From a virus (taxonomy: Duplodnaviria > Caudoviricetes): 52,795 nt of DNA. The stretch spans positions 1 to 52,795 of IMG/VR virus record IMGVR_UViG_3300037756_000059; one strand, written 5' to 3'. The translations under genes and the position numbers were made by a program. Below, piece after piece: positions 42,573 to 51,400 of the stretch; within the stretch, counting starts at the first letter, position 1, and every line of letters begins with the position of its first letter. A model generated the notes under the pieces. The model saw only the letters and a list, made by a program, of their open reading frames with translations. It had not been told where the DNA came from and did not search any database.

Positions 42573-42725
42573 TCAGTCGGACTGCGTGACGATGCCGAGT
42601 TCGAGCAGGGCGTCGATGACGTCCTGCACAGACGGCGTGGTCAACGGAACCACGGGCGGGACCAGCTTGTCAGCGGTCGAGCCGATGTTGCCAGTCTGAC
42701 CGGCGATACTTGTGACAGCAGGCAT
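42573..42725 (-). CDS. Small head fibre/decoration-like peptide (not in ORF track)
   Basis: AAGGAGG SD; MPAVTSIAGQ...VQDVIDALLELGIVTQSD, 50 aa. Confidence 0.75.
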   Translation of the reverse strand: MPAVTSIAGQTGNIGSTADKLVPPVVPLTTPSVQDVIDALLELGIVTQSD

Positions 42726-42744
42726 TGCCTACCTCCTTCCTGGT

Positions 42745-42768
42745 GGCTCCCGGCCGAAGCCGGGAGCC
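42745..42768 (-). terminator. Hairpin after major capsid gene (C-UUCG-G loop)
   Basis: GGCTCCCGGC-TTCG-GCCGGGAGCC on minus strand; no U tract. Confidence 0.55.
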
Positions 42769-42779
42769 GTCAGCGACTG

Positions 42780-43802
42780 CTAGACGGACTGGCCGCCCGA
42801 GAAGCCGTGGTGGATCCGGTGCATGGACTCCTGGCGGAACGTGGTGAAGCCCAGCGTTCCGTACCAGAAGATCTCGTAGTGCCGGCGGTAGGGGTCGAGC
42901 ATCGGCCCGATGCCGGGGCCCGGCTCGCGCTTGACCCACTGAGCCAGCGCTTCACGACCGAAGATCATCGTCTGATGAACGTCGATGCCAGCGGCGCCAG
43001 CGTTGTCCAGGACCCGCGCTCGCGGGGTCTCCGCGAAGATGGCTCCTGCGTGCACGCCCGTCTCACCCGAGTACAGGTTCGAGGTGTCCACGTTGACGTG
43101 GGGCTCCTTCCAGCCCACCGCGCCCGCGTCCTCCTGGTAGTCCACGCTCACGTCCGGGTGGACGATCGCCTGGTACAGGGAGCCACGGATCGGTGGCACC
43201 GAAGCGCCACGCAGCTTGGCCACGACACGCCGAACGATCCGCGCCGACAGGATGTCGGTCACGAGCAGCGTGTTGTCCGCGACGGCTGGGGTTTCCAGCG
43301 CGCCAGCGGCTGAGGTCCACTTCTGCGTAGCCGGGAGGGTGACCGTGGAGTCGCCCGCCTCGGTACCGTCGTTGACAACCTGGGTGCCGAGGTACAGCTC
43401 GTCGGCAACCATGGCGTCCAGAGTGTCGGCCAGGTGGTTGACGAGCTGCGTGTTCAGCACGGGGTCCAGACCGATGTACGCGGTGTCACCCGCGAACGTG
43501 GTCCGGCCGATGCGGTGGCCGTGCTCCTTGAGCAAGACCTTGACGTAGGTCGATGCACCCGGCTGCGCCAGGTCCGACGCGATGACCTCGTCCAGGACGT
43601 GCCTGTTCGTTGCCACCGAGAGGTACCGGTGCTTGGGGATGTAGGCAACCTTGCCTTGGTTAGTGAGGTCCTGAGGCTCCACCGTCACCCACTGGCGGAA
43701 TAGCGGTCGCGACCGAAGGTCGAAGTGCGCCATCCGGGCCCAGGCCGGGTGCAACAGTGGTGCACCAAAGGTGCTCACACTGGTTACGGGACTGTCGGCC
43801 AT
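42780..43802 (-). CDS. Major capsid protein
   Basis: 340 aa after scaffold; LRS.PLFR, EHG, IVHPDVS.D, GETG...G..F.ETPR, FGREALA, WYG.LGF..FR.E; AAGGAG SD. Confidence 0.88.
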   Translation of the reverse strand: MADSPVTSVSTFGAPLLHPAWARMAHFDLRSRPLFRQWVTVEPQDLTNQGKVAYIPKHRYLSVATNRHVLDEVIASDLAQPGASTYVKVLLKEHGHRIGRTTFAGDTAYIGLDPVLNTQLVNHLADTLDAMVADELYLGTQVVNDGTEAGDSTVTLPATQKWTSAAGALETPAVADNTLLVTDILSARIVRRVVAKLRGASVPPIRGSLYQAIVHPDVSVDYQEDAGAVGWKEPHVNVDTSNLYSGETGVHAGAIFAETPRARVLDNAGAAGIDVHQTMIFGREALAQWVKREPGPGIGPMLDPYRRHYEIFWYGTLGFTTFRQESMHRIHHGFSGGQSV

Positions 43803-43837
43803 TTCTCTCCTTTGAGATGTCCAGTCCCCTCAGCCGC

Positions 43838-44419
43838 TCAGTAGCCCTGAACGGCGCCGGGGATCTGCTTGAGTTTGGCCACGTACTCTTCCAAGGACTG
43901 CGCGCCCTTAGTGGTTTCGGTGATCTGGTCGTGGACCCCTTGGTGCGAGTCGAGGGCGGGTCCTGCGTGCGCGCCCGGCGTGGCCCCCTGGATGGCCTGG
44001 TAGGCCGCCAGTTGGTCAGCGTTCATGCCGGCTGGTGCTCCCGGCGTGGTGGGCGGTGCAGGCGGAGCAGCGGCAGGCGGTGCTCCGGCATTGCCAGTGG
44101 CCTCGTCTCCGGCGGGCGGCTCGTTTGCCGCCTGGCCGGCCGGCGTGCCAGCAATGAACTTGCCGTACTTCTCGTACCACTCCGAAGGCTCGGCGCCCTC
44201 GGGGATCATGCCAGCCACATCAGCGGGCAGGCCCTTTTCGCGGAGGAAGCTGTTGACCGTGCTCTCGCGCAACTCTGCGCGCAGCTTCTCGTTCTCTTCC
44301 TTCGTTGCCTTCGCGGCAGCTTCCTGCCGGGCAGCGAACTCGCGCAACTCCTTGGGCAAGTTCTTGCTTGCCTCGGGGTCGGCGAGTAGGGCCGCGTAGT
44401 CGATGTTGGAATCAGTCAT
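43838..44419 (-). CDS. Scaffolding protein
   Basis: 193 aa, coiled N-terminus, Pro/Ala linker, directly upstream of the capsid gene. Confidence 0.75.
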   Translation of the reverse strand: MTDSNIDYAALLADPEASKNLPKELREFAARQEAAAKATKEENEKLRAELRESTVNSFLREKGLPADVAGMIPEGAEPSEWYEKYGKFIAGTPAGQAANEPPAGDEATGNAGAPPAAAPPAPPTTPGAPAGMNADQLAAYQAIQGATPGAHAGPALDSHQGVHDQITETTKGAQSLEEYVAKLKQIPGAVQGY

Positions 44420-44429
44420 GGCTGTTTAC

Positions 44430-44611
44430 TCTCTCCCTTGCTTTTGCTGGCAGACGCTTGAGGCCCGGACGGGAGGGGTAGGGCATCCTTGCCCTGGTTT
44501 GGACTCAAGGACCAGCGGGGGTGACGGCGCGTTTTGTTTGTCACGCTCTGCGGCTACGCACCCAAGGGGCCGCGAGCGAATCTGAGAGGTGGGCGGGTTA
44601 CCCCGCCCACC
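44430..44611 (-). ncRNA. Structured RNA leader upstream of scaffold/capsid
   Basis: Several stems with a GNRA loop and complementary loops in a ~200-nt gap. Confidence 0.5.
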
Positions 44612-44617
44612 AGGGCC

Positions 44618-45466
44618 TTACGTACCGAACTTGCGCTGTCGGCGCAGTGACTCCACGCGGACGCCTGAGCGTCCGCCGAAGCGGGCCTGCTCGCCCTGGA
44701 CGAGGCGCTGCGTCCGCAGCTTGGCCTCGCCGGACTGACCGAACTCGGCCTCCTCCAGGTCGGAGACGGTGACCTCCTGGCCCTCGATCTCCCCCAGCTT
44801 CTGCAGCGTCGGGGCCTGTTCGGCGATCCGGCCGTAGCCCTCGCGGGCCTGGGCCACGGTGACGCCCTGCCCGTACAGCAGCTCGGCGGCGGTCTGCGAG
44901 TAGTCGAAGCCCGCGCGCTCGCGCTCGGCGCCCAGCATCACGGTCTCGATCTGGCGCTCCAGGATCGGGGAGGCCACGTCGGTGTCCAGGTAGTAGGCGG
45001 CCATGTCGTCGACCGTCAGGCCGGTGGTTCGCAGCAGGACGTCGCGCTGAACCGGGTCGATGGTGTTGATGAGCTTGCGCGCCTGGTCCGCCCGGTGCTG
45101 GATCTCGGCCGGCGCCACGTCCATGGAGATCCACTTCTGGAAGTCCTCGTACGAGTCGTAGAACCCGGCCGGCATGCCCGTCGACTGCAGCGCCTGGCGG
45201 TAGCCCTCCTCGGTGCGGAGGTAGTCGGCCGGCGACAGGACCGGCAGGCCCGCCTGCTGGCGGACCTCGTTGCCCTTGAAGCGCGTCTCGTACTCGGTCG
45301 TGTCCTGCAGGAGCAGGATCAGCGTGTCGCCCGAGAAGCCCTGCTGGATGAAGTCCACGATCTTGGGCGCGAGTGAGCCCAGTCCGTAGGACTCGAACAG
45401 CTGGATCACGGCGGCCGCCGCGTCGCGGTCGGATCCTGACAGCTTGTTGATCCAGTCGTCAGCCAT
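44618..45466 (-). CDS. Putative internal virion protein
   Basis: ~282 aa helical; F.SYGLG.L, Y..RF.GN..R..AGL.VLSPA.YL..E. Confidence 0.65.
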   Translation of the reverse strand: MADDWINKLSGSDRDAAAAVIQLFESYGLGSLAPKIVDFIQQGFSGDTLILLLQDTTEYETRFKGNEVRQQAGLPVLSPADYLRTEEGYRQALQSTGMPAGFYDSYEDFQKWISMDVAPAEIQHRADQARKLINTIDPVQRDVLLRTTGLTVDDMAAYYLDTDVASPILERQIETVMLGAERERAGFDYSQTAAELLYGQGVTVAQAREGYGRIAEQAPTLQKLGEIEGQEVTVSDLEEAEFGQSGEAKLRTQRLVQGEQARFGGRSGVRVESLRRQRKFGT

Positions 45467-45476
45467 CAAACACTCC

Positions 45477-46352
45477 TCACCATGTCACGCCGAAGCCCTG
45501 GAGGATCGCGTGCGCGCCCTCCATGTAGCTGTCGCGCGCGTTAGCCGTCTTTTGCCACTTGGCCGAGCGCCGGATGCGCGTCTCAAAGTCCTCCAACGAG
45601 AGCGGCGAGAACTTGCCGTCCTTGTCCTTGGTGTTGATGGCCTTGCGGATGTCGGTGTTGAACAGGTCGACGTCGCCGGGGTTCAGCTCCATCAGCTCGG
45701 CGTACCGGTCCAGGTAGCCTGAGGCGGCCTCGCGCACCGAGACTCCGGCCATGATGTCGTCCTTGAAGCCGGGGAACAGCGCCGCCGCGCGGCGCTGTAC
45801 GTTGGACAGGATGGCCTGGTCGTCCCACGAGCCGTTGGCGATCCGGGCGATCCACTGGGCCTTGGTGTTGTTGTCGAGCTTCACGCCGTTGTTGTACGCG
45901 GCAGCGTTCATGCGGTCCATCGCCTGGCCGAGGGTGCCACCGATGGCGTGGCCCGCCTTGATCCGTCGCTGCAGCGCCGAGGTGCCCATCTTCGCGCGCA
46001 GCTCGTGCTCGGACCACTGGTTGACGAACGCCAGCCGAGCCCACACGTTCAGGTTGCCGGTGATGGGCATGCCCAGCTCGTTGGCCATTTTGCGGATGTT
46101 GGCCTTGGCGATAGCAACCTGGCGCTTGTACTCGGCCGGGTCCTGCACCTTGAGTGCCTGCGCCTTGCGCACGGACTCGGCGTGGCGCTTGTACCACTTG
46201 GTGTTCTTGGACTCGGCGAGAAGGCGGTCCGGGCTGTAGCCGTCGTCGAGGGCCTTGTTGAACAGCTTCCACAGCTCGGGTGTCTGCTTCCAGAAGGCCA
46301 CGTTGGTGCCGGCCATGGAAGCCATGAGCTGCTTCTCTTCGCTGGTAGCCAC
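45477..46352 (-). CDS. Putative internal virion protein
   Basis: 291 aa helical, GGAGG SD. Confidence 0.65.
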   Translation of the reverse strand: MATSEEKQLMASMAGTNVAFWKQTPELWKLFNKALDDGYSPDRLLAESKNTKWYKRHAESVRKAQALKVQDPAEYKRQVAIAKANIRKMANELGMPITGNLNVWARLAFVNQWSEHELRAKMGTSALQRRIKAGHAIGGTLGQAMDRMNAAAYNNGVKLDNNTKAQWIARIANGSWDDQAILSNVQRRAAALFPGFKDDIMAGVSVREAASGYLDRYAELMELNPGDVDLFNTDIRKAINTKDKDGKFSPLSLEDFETRIRRSAKWQKTANARDSYMEGAHAILQGFGVTW

Positions 46353-46362
46353 TTCGCCTCCC

Positions 46363-47517
46363 TCAGAACTTCTGGGCGCCAGCGCGACCGCTGGGGCTCG
46401 TCGTGTTGGCCTGCTGCACCGGATCCTCGAACGTGAGGTCCGGGCCCCACTCGAAGTCCATCATCTCGGGCGGGTTCATGCCCATCATGTCGCCCACGTT
46501 GGCCTGGTCGTCCAGAGAGCCAGCAGGTCCGCCCTGGATGGACTCGGCGGGTCCGCCCTGGATGGACGCCGCTGGCCCTTCGGTCGCCGGCAGAGACTGC
46601 ATCATGTCGACGGGGCCCAGGCTAGCCATGACCTCCCACGGGTTGTTCCAGGAGGTTATGCTGCTCTGGTGGAACGTGTCGTAGCCGGTGACGGCGTACG
46701 ACCCCGCGCCCGGTGCGCCCAGGATGCCTCGGCCCAGCTCCTCCCAGCGCGCGTACGCGTTCGGGAACGCCGAACGCTGCACGGCCTGCGCGGCCTCGGT
46801 GAGCCGCATGCTGTTGCGCCCCTTGATGCTGAGCAGCTCCTCGAAGAACTTGCGCGCGGCGTACGTGGGGTTCATGCGCTGCGACGGGGTGCCCCAGCCG
46901 GCGCGCTGCTGGAACAGGCCCAGCGAGTCGCGGTCCCCGTAGTTCAGGTTCTCCAGGGTGGACTCCTGCATCGCCGTCATCAGGCCGATGAGCAGGTCAC
47001 GTTCGGACGCACCCATACTGCGTCCGACCGCGATGATCGTCTGCGCGTTGCGCAGCTGCGAGCTGTCCAGCTTGACGCCGCCATAGAAGCCCGGCGTGGC
47101 GCGCTGGTTGCCCGACGTGTCGCTGGGCCGCCAGGTCGACTGGAGCCACGGGTTCGGGTCAACCGGCTTGCCGTTGACGCGCACCTCGAAGTGCGAGTGC
47201 GCCCCGGTGGAGTTGCCGGTCGAGCCCACCAGCCCGAGCGGCGAGCCTCGCCCGACGCGCATGCCCACCTTCACCGTGTTCCGCGAGTGGTGCGCGTAGT
47301 AGCCGATCGACCCGTCAGCGTGCCGGACCCTGACCAGGTTGCCGTACGCCCCACTCCAGCCGGCGGAGATGACGCGGCCCGGCACCACGGCTCGCACCAC
47401 GGTGCCGTACGGGGCCGCGAAGTCCATCCCGGAGTGGCCGCCCGTCTTGCGGAAGCCACCCTGGAACTGGCTGGTGACGCGGTACGAGCCCGCGACGGGA
47501 GCGTAGTAGCTGCTCAT
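46363..47517 (-). CDS. M23 peptidase plus lysozyme-like domain (virion-associated peptidoglycan hydrolase)
   Basis: HSGMDFA, YAH, GSTGNSTGAHSHFEV; TAMQES, DRDSLGLFQQR..WG, AQAVQRSAFP.AY. Confidence 0.9.
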   Translation of the reverse strand: MSSYYAPVAGSYRVTSQFQGGFRKTGGHSGMDFAAPYGTVVRAVVPGRVISAGWSGAYGNLVRVRHADGSIGYYAHHSRNTVKVGMRVGRGSPLGLVGSTGNSTGAHSHFEVRVNGKPVDPNPWLQSTWRPSDTSGNQRATPGFYGGVKLDSSQLRNAQTIIAVGRSMGASERDLLIGLMTAMQESTLENLNYGDRDSLGLFQQRAGWGTPSQRMNPTYAARKFFEELLSIKGRNSMRLTEAAQAVQRSAFPNAYARWEELGRGILGAPGAGSYAVTGYDTFHQSSITSWNNPWEVMASLGPVDMMQSLPATEGPAASIQGGPAESIQGGPAGSLDDQANVGDMMGMNPPEMMDFEWGPDLTFEDPVQQANTTSPSGRAGAQKF

Positions 47518-47520
47518 GCC

Positions 47521-48408
47521 TTAGCCTCCAACAAGCGCAGCAATGACGGAGTCGTACTCGACCCCAGCCGTGAACGCGCGCTCCTCGCCTTCCAGGTCGT
47601 CCTCGCCGAAGCTCATCGCCTCGGCTCCGGGCGAAACGTTGCCGCCCTCAGTCGAAGAGTTGGTCCCCAGCACCGAACCGTCAGCCGCGTAGCGCGTAAT
47701 GGTCGTCGTTCGCCGTGGGTTCGCCCGCTCTCGCGCGTTCAACGCTGCGACGAAGGCGCGCTCCTCGTCCTCCGAGGGGTCGCGGCCGACGCGACGCTTC
47801 CACGCCTCGATGATCAGCTCGCGCGCCGTCTCGGGGTCCGTGAGCGAGATCGCCGTGTCGACGCGCGTCTGCTCGTAGGGCTCACCCTCCTCGGCGAAGT
47901 AGGCGTCCCGGCGGGCCTTCATGGTGGCCTCTTCCTTGAAGGTGCCGGGGGCACCCTCGTCGGCCCACCGCTGCAGGACCAGCCACACCAGTTCGGAGGG
48001 GTCGTCCCGAGGGTCGATCGTGTAGGCGGCCTGGGCCTCCTTGACGGCCTGCGTCCAGAAGTCCGCGAGCTGCACCGGGTCGTTGGGGTCCAGCCCCGCC
48101 TGTCGAGCGAGCGTCATCAGGCGCGCGCGGTCCTGCTGCATCCTGCGCTGCTCGGCCCTGGCCTTGTCGACGGCCTCGACCTGCTGCCGGCCCGGCGACA
48201 CCGGAGTGGCGCCGGGTATGGAGGGCGTGGCCGCGCTGACGATGTCGCCCGTGGGGTACCGGTACGAGAAGTACATGAGCAACTTGTCCCAGTCGGTCAG
48301 GGGGGCACCAGCTGGCTGGTACCCCTGACCCTGGGGCTGGATGGTGCTCGCATAGCCAGCCATGCCGGGGGTAACGAACCCCCCGTTGTCTTGCGACATG
48401 TACACCAT
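47521..48408 (-). CDS. Putative internal virion protein
   Basis: 295 aa; GRDPS.DE...F..ALN..E..NP. Confidence 0.65.
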   Translation of the reverse strand: MVYMSQDNGGFVTPGMAGYASTIQPQGQGYQPAGAPLTDWDKLLMYFSYRYPTGDIVSAATPSIPGATPVSPGRQQVEAVDKARAEQRRMQQDRARLMTLARQAGLDPNDPVQLADFWTQAVKEAQAAYTIDPRDDPSELVWLVLQRWADEGAPGTFKEEATMKARRDAYFAEEGEPYEQTRVDTAISLTDPETARELIIEAWKRRVGRDPSEDEERAFVAALNARERANPRRTTTITRYAADGSVLGTNSSTEGGNVSPGAEAMSFGEDDLEGEERAFTAGVEYDSVIAALVGG

Positions 48409-48409
48409 C

Positions 48410-51400
48410 TTACGCTCCCAGTCTTTGTCCGTTGGAGCCGTTCGTCAGCGCGTGACGCTCCAGGAACCGGTGGTAGACGTCAGCGAAGGCCAGGTTGTCC
48501 TGGACGATTGCTGCGACGTTGGCGTTGAAGATGTGCAGCAGGTCCTCGTTGCCGGCCACCTCGATGTTCGACGAGCCGCCCGCAGCAGACCTGGCATCCA
48601 ACTCGGCGGCCACCGCATCGTGCAGCTCCATGTACGCCGCGACGCCTTCCCACTCGATCCGGCCGAGCATCTCGCCGGAGCGCAGCACGCCTCGGAACTC
48701 GTCGATGACCTCGTAGGACTTGCCACGGTCGATCTGGTCGTACGCCGCGCCCCAGGCCTTGTACTTCTGGCGCAACTGCATCTTGAACTGCTGCTTGATG
48801 TACTGCAGGTCCTGGTTCTCCTGGCGCCCCAGGCCGGTCGGCACCTCTTCGCCGTTGACCATCTCGGTGCTGCCGCGCGCCACAAGCTCGGCGTCGATCG
48901 CGACGTTGAGCTGCCGCCACTCCTTCCAGCCCTCCTGCTCCTGGGCGTAGGCGGCCGCCTCCTCGGGAGACTGCCGTTCGCGCATGAGCACGCCCGAGCC
49001 CGGATAGGTCTCGGTGTGGGCCTGCTTGTCGTAGACGTTGTAGTTGAACGGCGAGTCCTGGGTGTTCATGCCCACGATGGCCAGACCGATGTTCGGGTAC
49101 TGTCCGATGAGGTCCTTGTGCTTCTTGGTCATCTGCCAGCCCTCGGACGTCGGCGGGACGCCGACGTTGTTCTTCGAGTTGGTGTACCAGAAGTAGTACA
49201 CGTCCTCGCCGAAGTCCTCGATAAACCGGGTGTAGCCCTCGTCGAACCCGAACTCGTCCTGGTACTGGTGGGCCTTGTCCACGAAGAACTGCATGTCCGA
49301 GTTCAGCTCGAAGCTGAACGGCGAACCCACCGCGCCCACGATATAGGACGCCTGGATGGCCTTGGCCTTCTCGACGGCCTCAGCCTTGTCCGGCGGCGGC
49401 CCGACGCGGCCGTCGCGGTCCCACTGGACCCACTCGGCCTTGTACAGCAGGGACGCCGTGTTCGAGAACACCGGGTCCTTGTTGCCCTGGCCGAAGCGGA
49501 TGATGCGTCGAACCAGCGTCGGGGCCACGGCCTCCCAGTTGGAGGATGGGGCGCCGATCGGGAACAGGTACTTGTACAGAAACTCGGTGGCCTTGTTCTC
49601 GTCCGCCAGCTCGGGCATGTCGCCGATGAGCTGCTTGGCGCTCAGCTGCACGAGCGCCCCGCCGGCCGGAAGCCAGAACGGGTCGCCCTGGAGCGTGGTA
49701 TTGAGCGTCTGCTTGTTGACGTCCATGCGCACCGCGCCGTCCTGGTCGGTGTCCAGGTCGTCGATGACGTTGCGGAACTCCTTGCCGGTGTCGCCGGGGA
49801 TGGTGTAGCTCAGGGCGTTCAGCATGCCCTTGGGCACGGCCACCTGCAGCCGGTCCAGCTCGCCGTGCAGCGGGTCCTCCTCGGTGCGGCCGTCCATGTC
49901 CGTCTCGGTGAGGAAGAACAGGTCGCCCATCGACTCCCAGCCGTTGATGTACAGCCGGACGAACGCCTCCGGGTTCTCCACCATGACCCGGCTCCAGGCC
50001 TTCATGGTTTCCTTCCAGGCCCCCATGAACGGCGACATGAAGCGCATGTAGCGAATCAGGTCAGTGTCGTTGTCGACGGTGTTGAACAGGTAGCGCTTGA
50101 CCTGCTTGAGCGCGAACGAGCGGGCGCCGGCCTCGAAGGAGCGCAGCTGCCGTTGCGACAGCACCGTGCCCTCGGGGAGGTCGTCGACCATGTTCTGCAG
50201 CATGTGCCGGTACTGGCGGTCGAAGAATGGGTTACGCGCGAGCACGTCCGTGGGCACGGTCGCCAGGGCGTTGTAGCCCTTGTCGATGATCCCGTAGACC
50301 CAGTCCGCGAAGGCGCCCTTGCCGGTGACCAGTTGCAGCGCCGACTCGTCGATCGACACGGGCGAGTAGCGCCCCGTGTCGTCGATGACGCTCTGCAGCT
50401 CGTCGATCCCGATCTCCTCGTTGTTGGCAACGCGGATGCGCAGGTCGCCGACGTCGTCCGGCAGCAGCTCGTCGAGCTGCGCCCGGTACTCCTCGATCCA
50501 CTTGTCGGGGTCGTCGCCCCGCACCGGGTTCCGGCGGCGAGCCTCAACGCCGGCCGCGTCCGTCTTGAGCCAGTGCACGATCTGGTCGTCAGTCTCGCCG
50601 TGGAGCATCTTCTGGAAGATGTCGTCGTAGCGCACCTGGTTGTTGATGACGTGGGCCCACGCGTCGGCGTGGCCCGCTTCGCCCTCCAGAGTCTTGCGCG
50701 TGCGCATCTGCGTGCGGCGCAGCCCGTTCACGGTGTCGTTGAGCAGGCCGGCGAACCGGTCCACCGAGTCGCGCGACGAGTTGATGTTGAGCCAGATGTC
50801 TCCAGCGCCGGGGGCGAAGGAGTTCCTGAACTCGTGGCCGCCGACCCACACGGAGCCGGCCGACTGGCCCTGCTGCGTGGTGTACTCCCAGCGCTGGCCC
50901 GCCCAGCGGGCCCCCTTGGGCGAGTGGCGCATGGCGAAGTTCACCGGGCGCTTCACGCCGTGGTTGACAAGGCTAGTGCCCAGCGCGCGAGGCATGTCCA
51001 CGAGCAGGTTGGTGAAGGCGCCCGTGGTGCCCAGGATGCGCAGCGACTCCTCGGAGACGTTACGGATCGGGTAGCCGAACCGGAACAGGACGCCGACCTT
51101 CCAGAACGTGTTGAAGACGTCCAGCATGTCGGTCGTGATGGCCTTGGTCTTGGCCCACTTCGCCTTGAACGAGTTCTTCATGGCGTCGCCGTAGATGGTG
51201 AGGAAGCGGTCCATGTCCTTCGCGCCCACCGGCACGACCCAGTTCTCCAGTTGCGTCAGAGAGACTGGCATGTCGACGTGGTAGACCCCGTTGCCCTCGG
51301 CGTACGTGTAGCGCCGGAAGTCGTCGACGTCGACGCCCGCCTCCTTGGCGTTCAGTGCGCGCTTGCGCATGTCGGCGAAGAACTCGCCCTGGCGCCCCTT

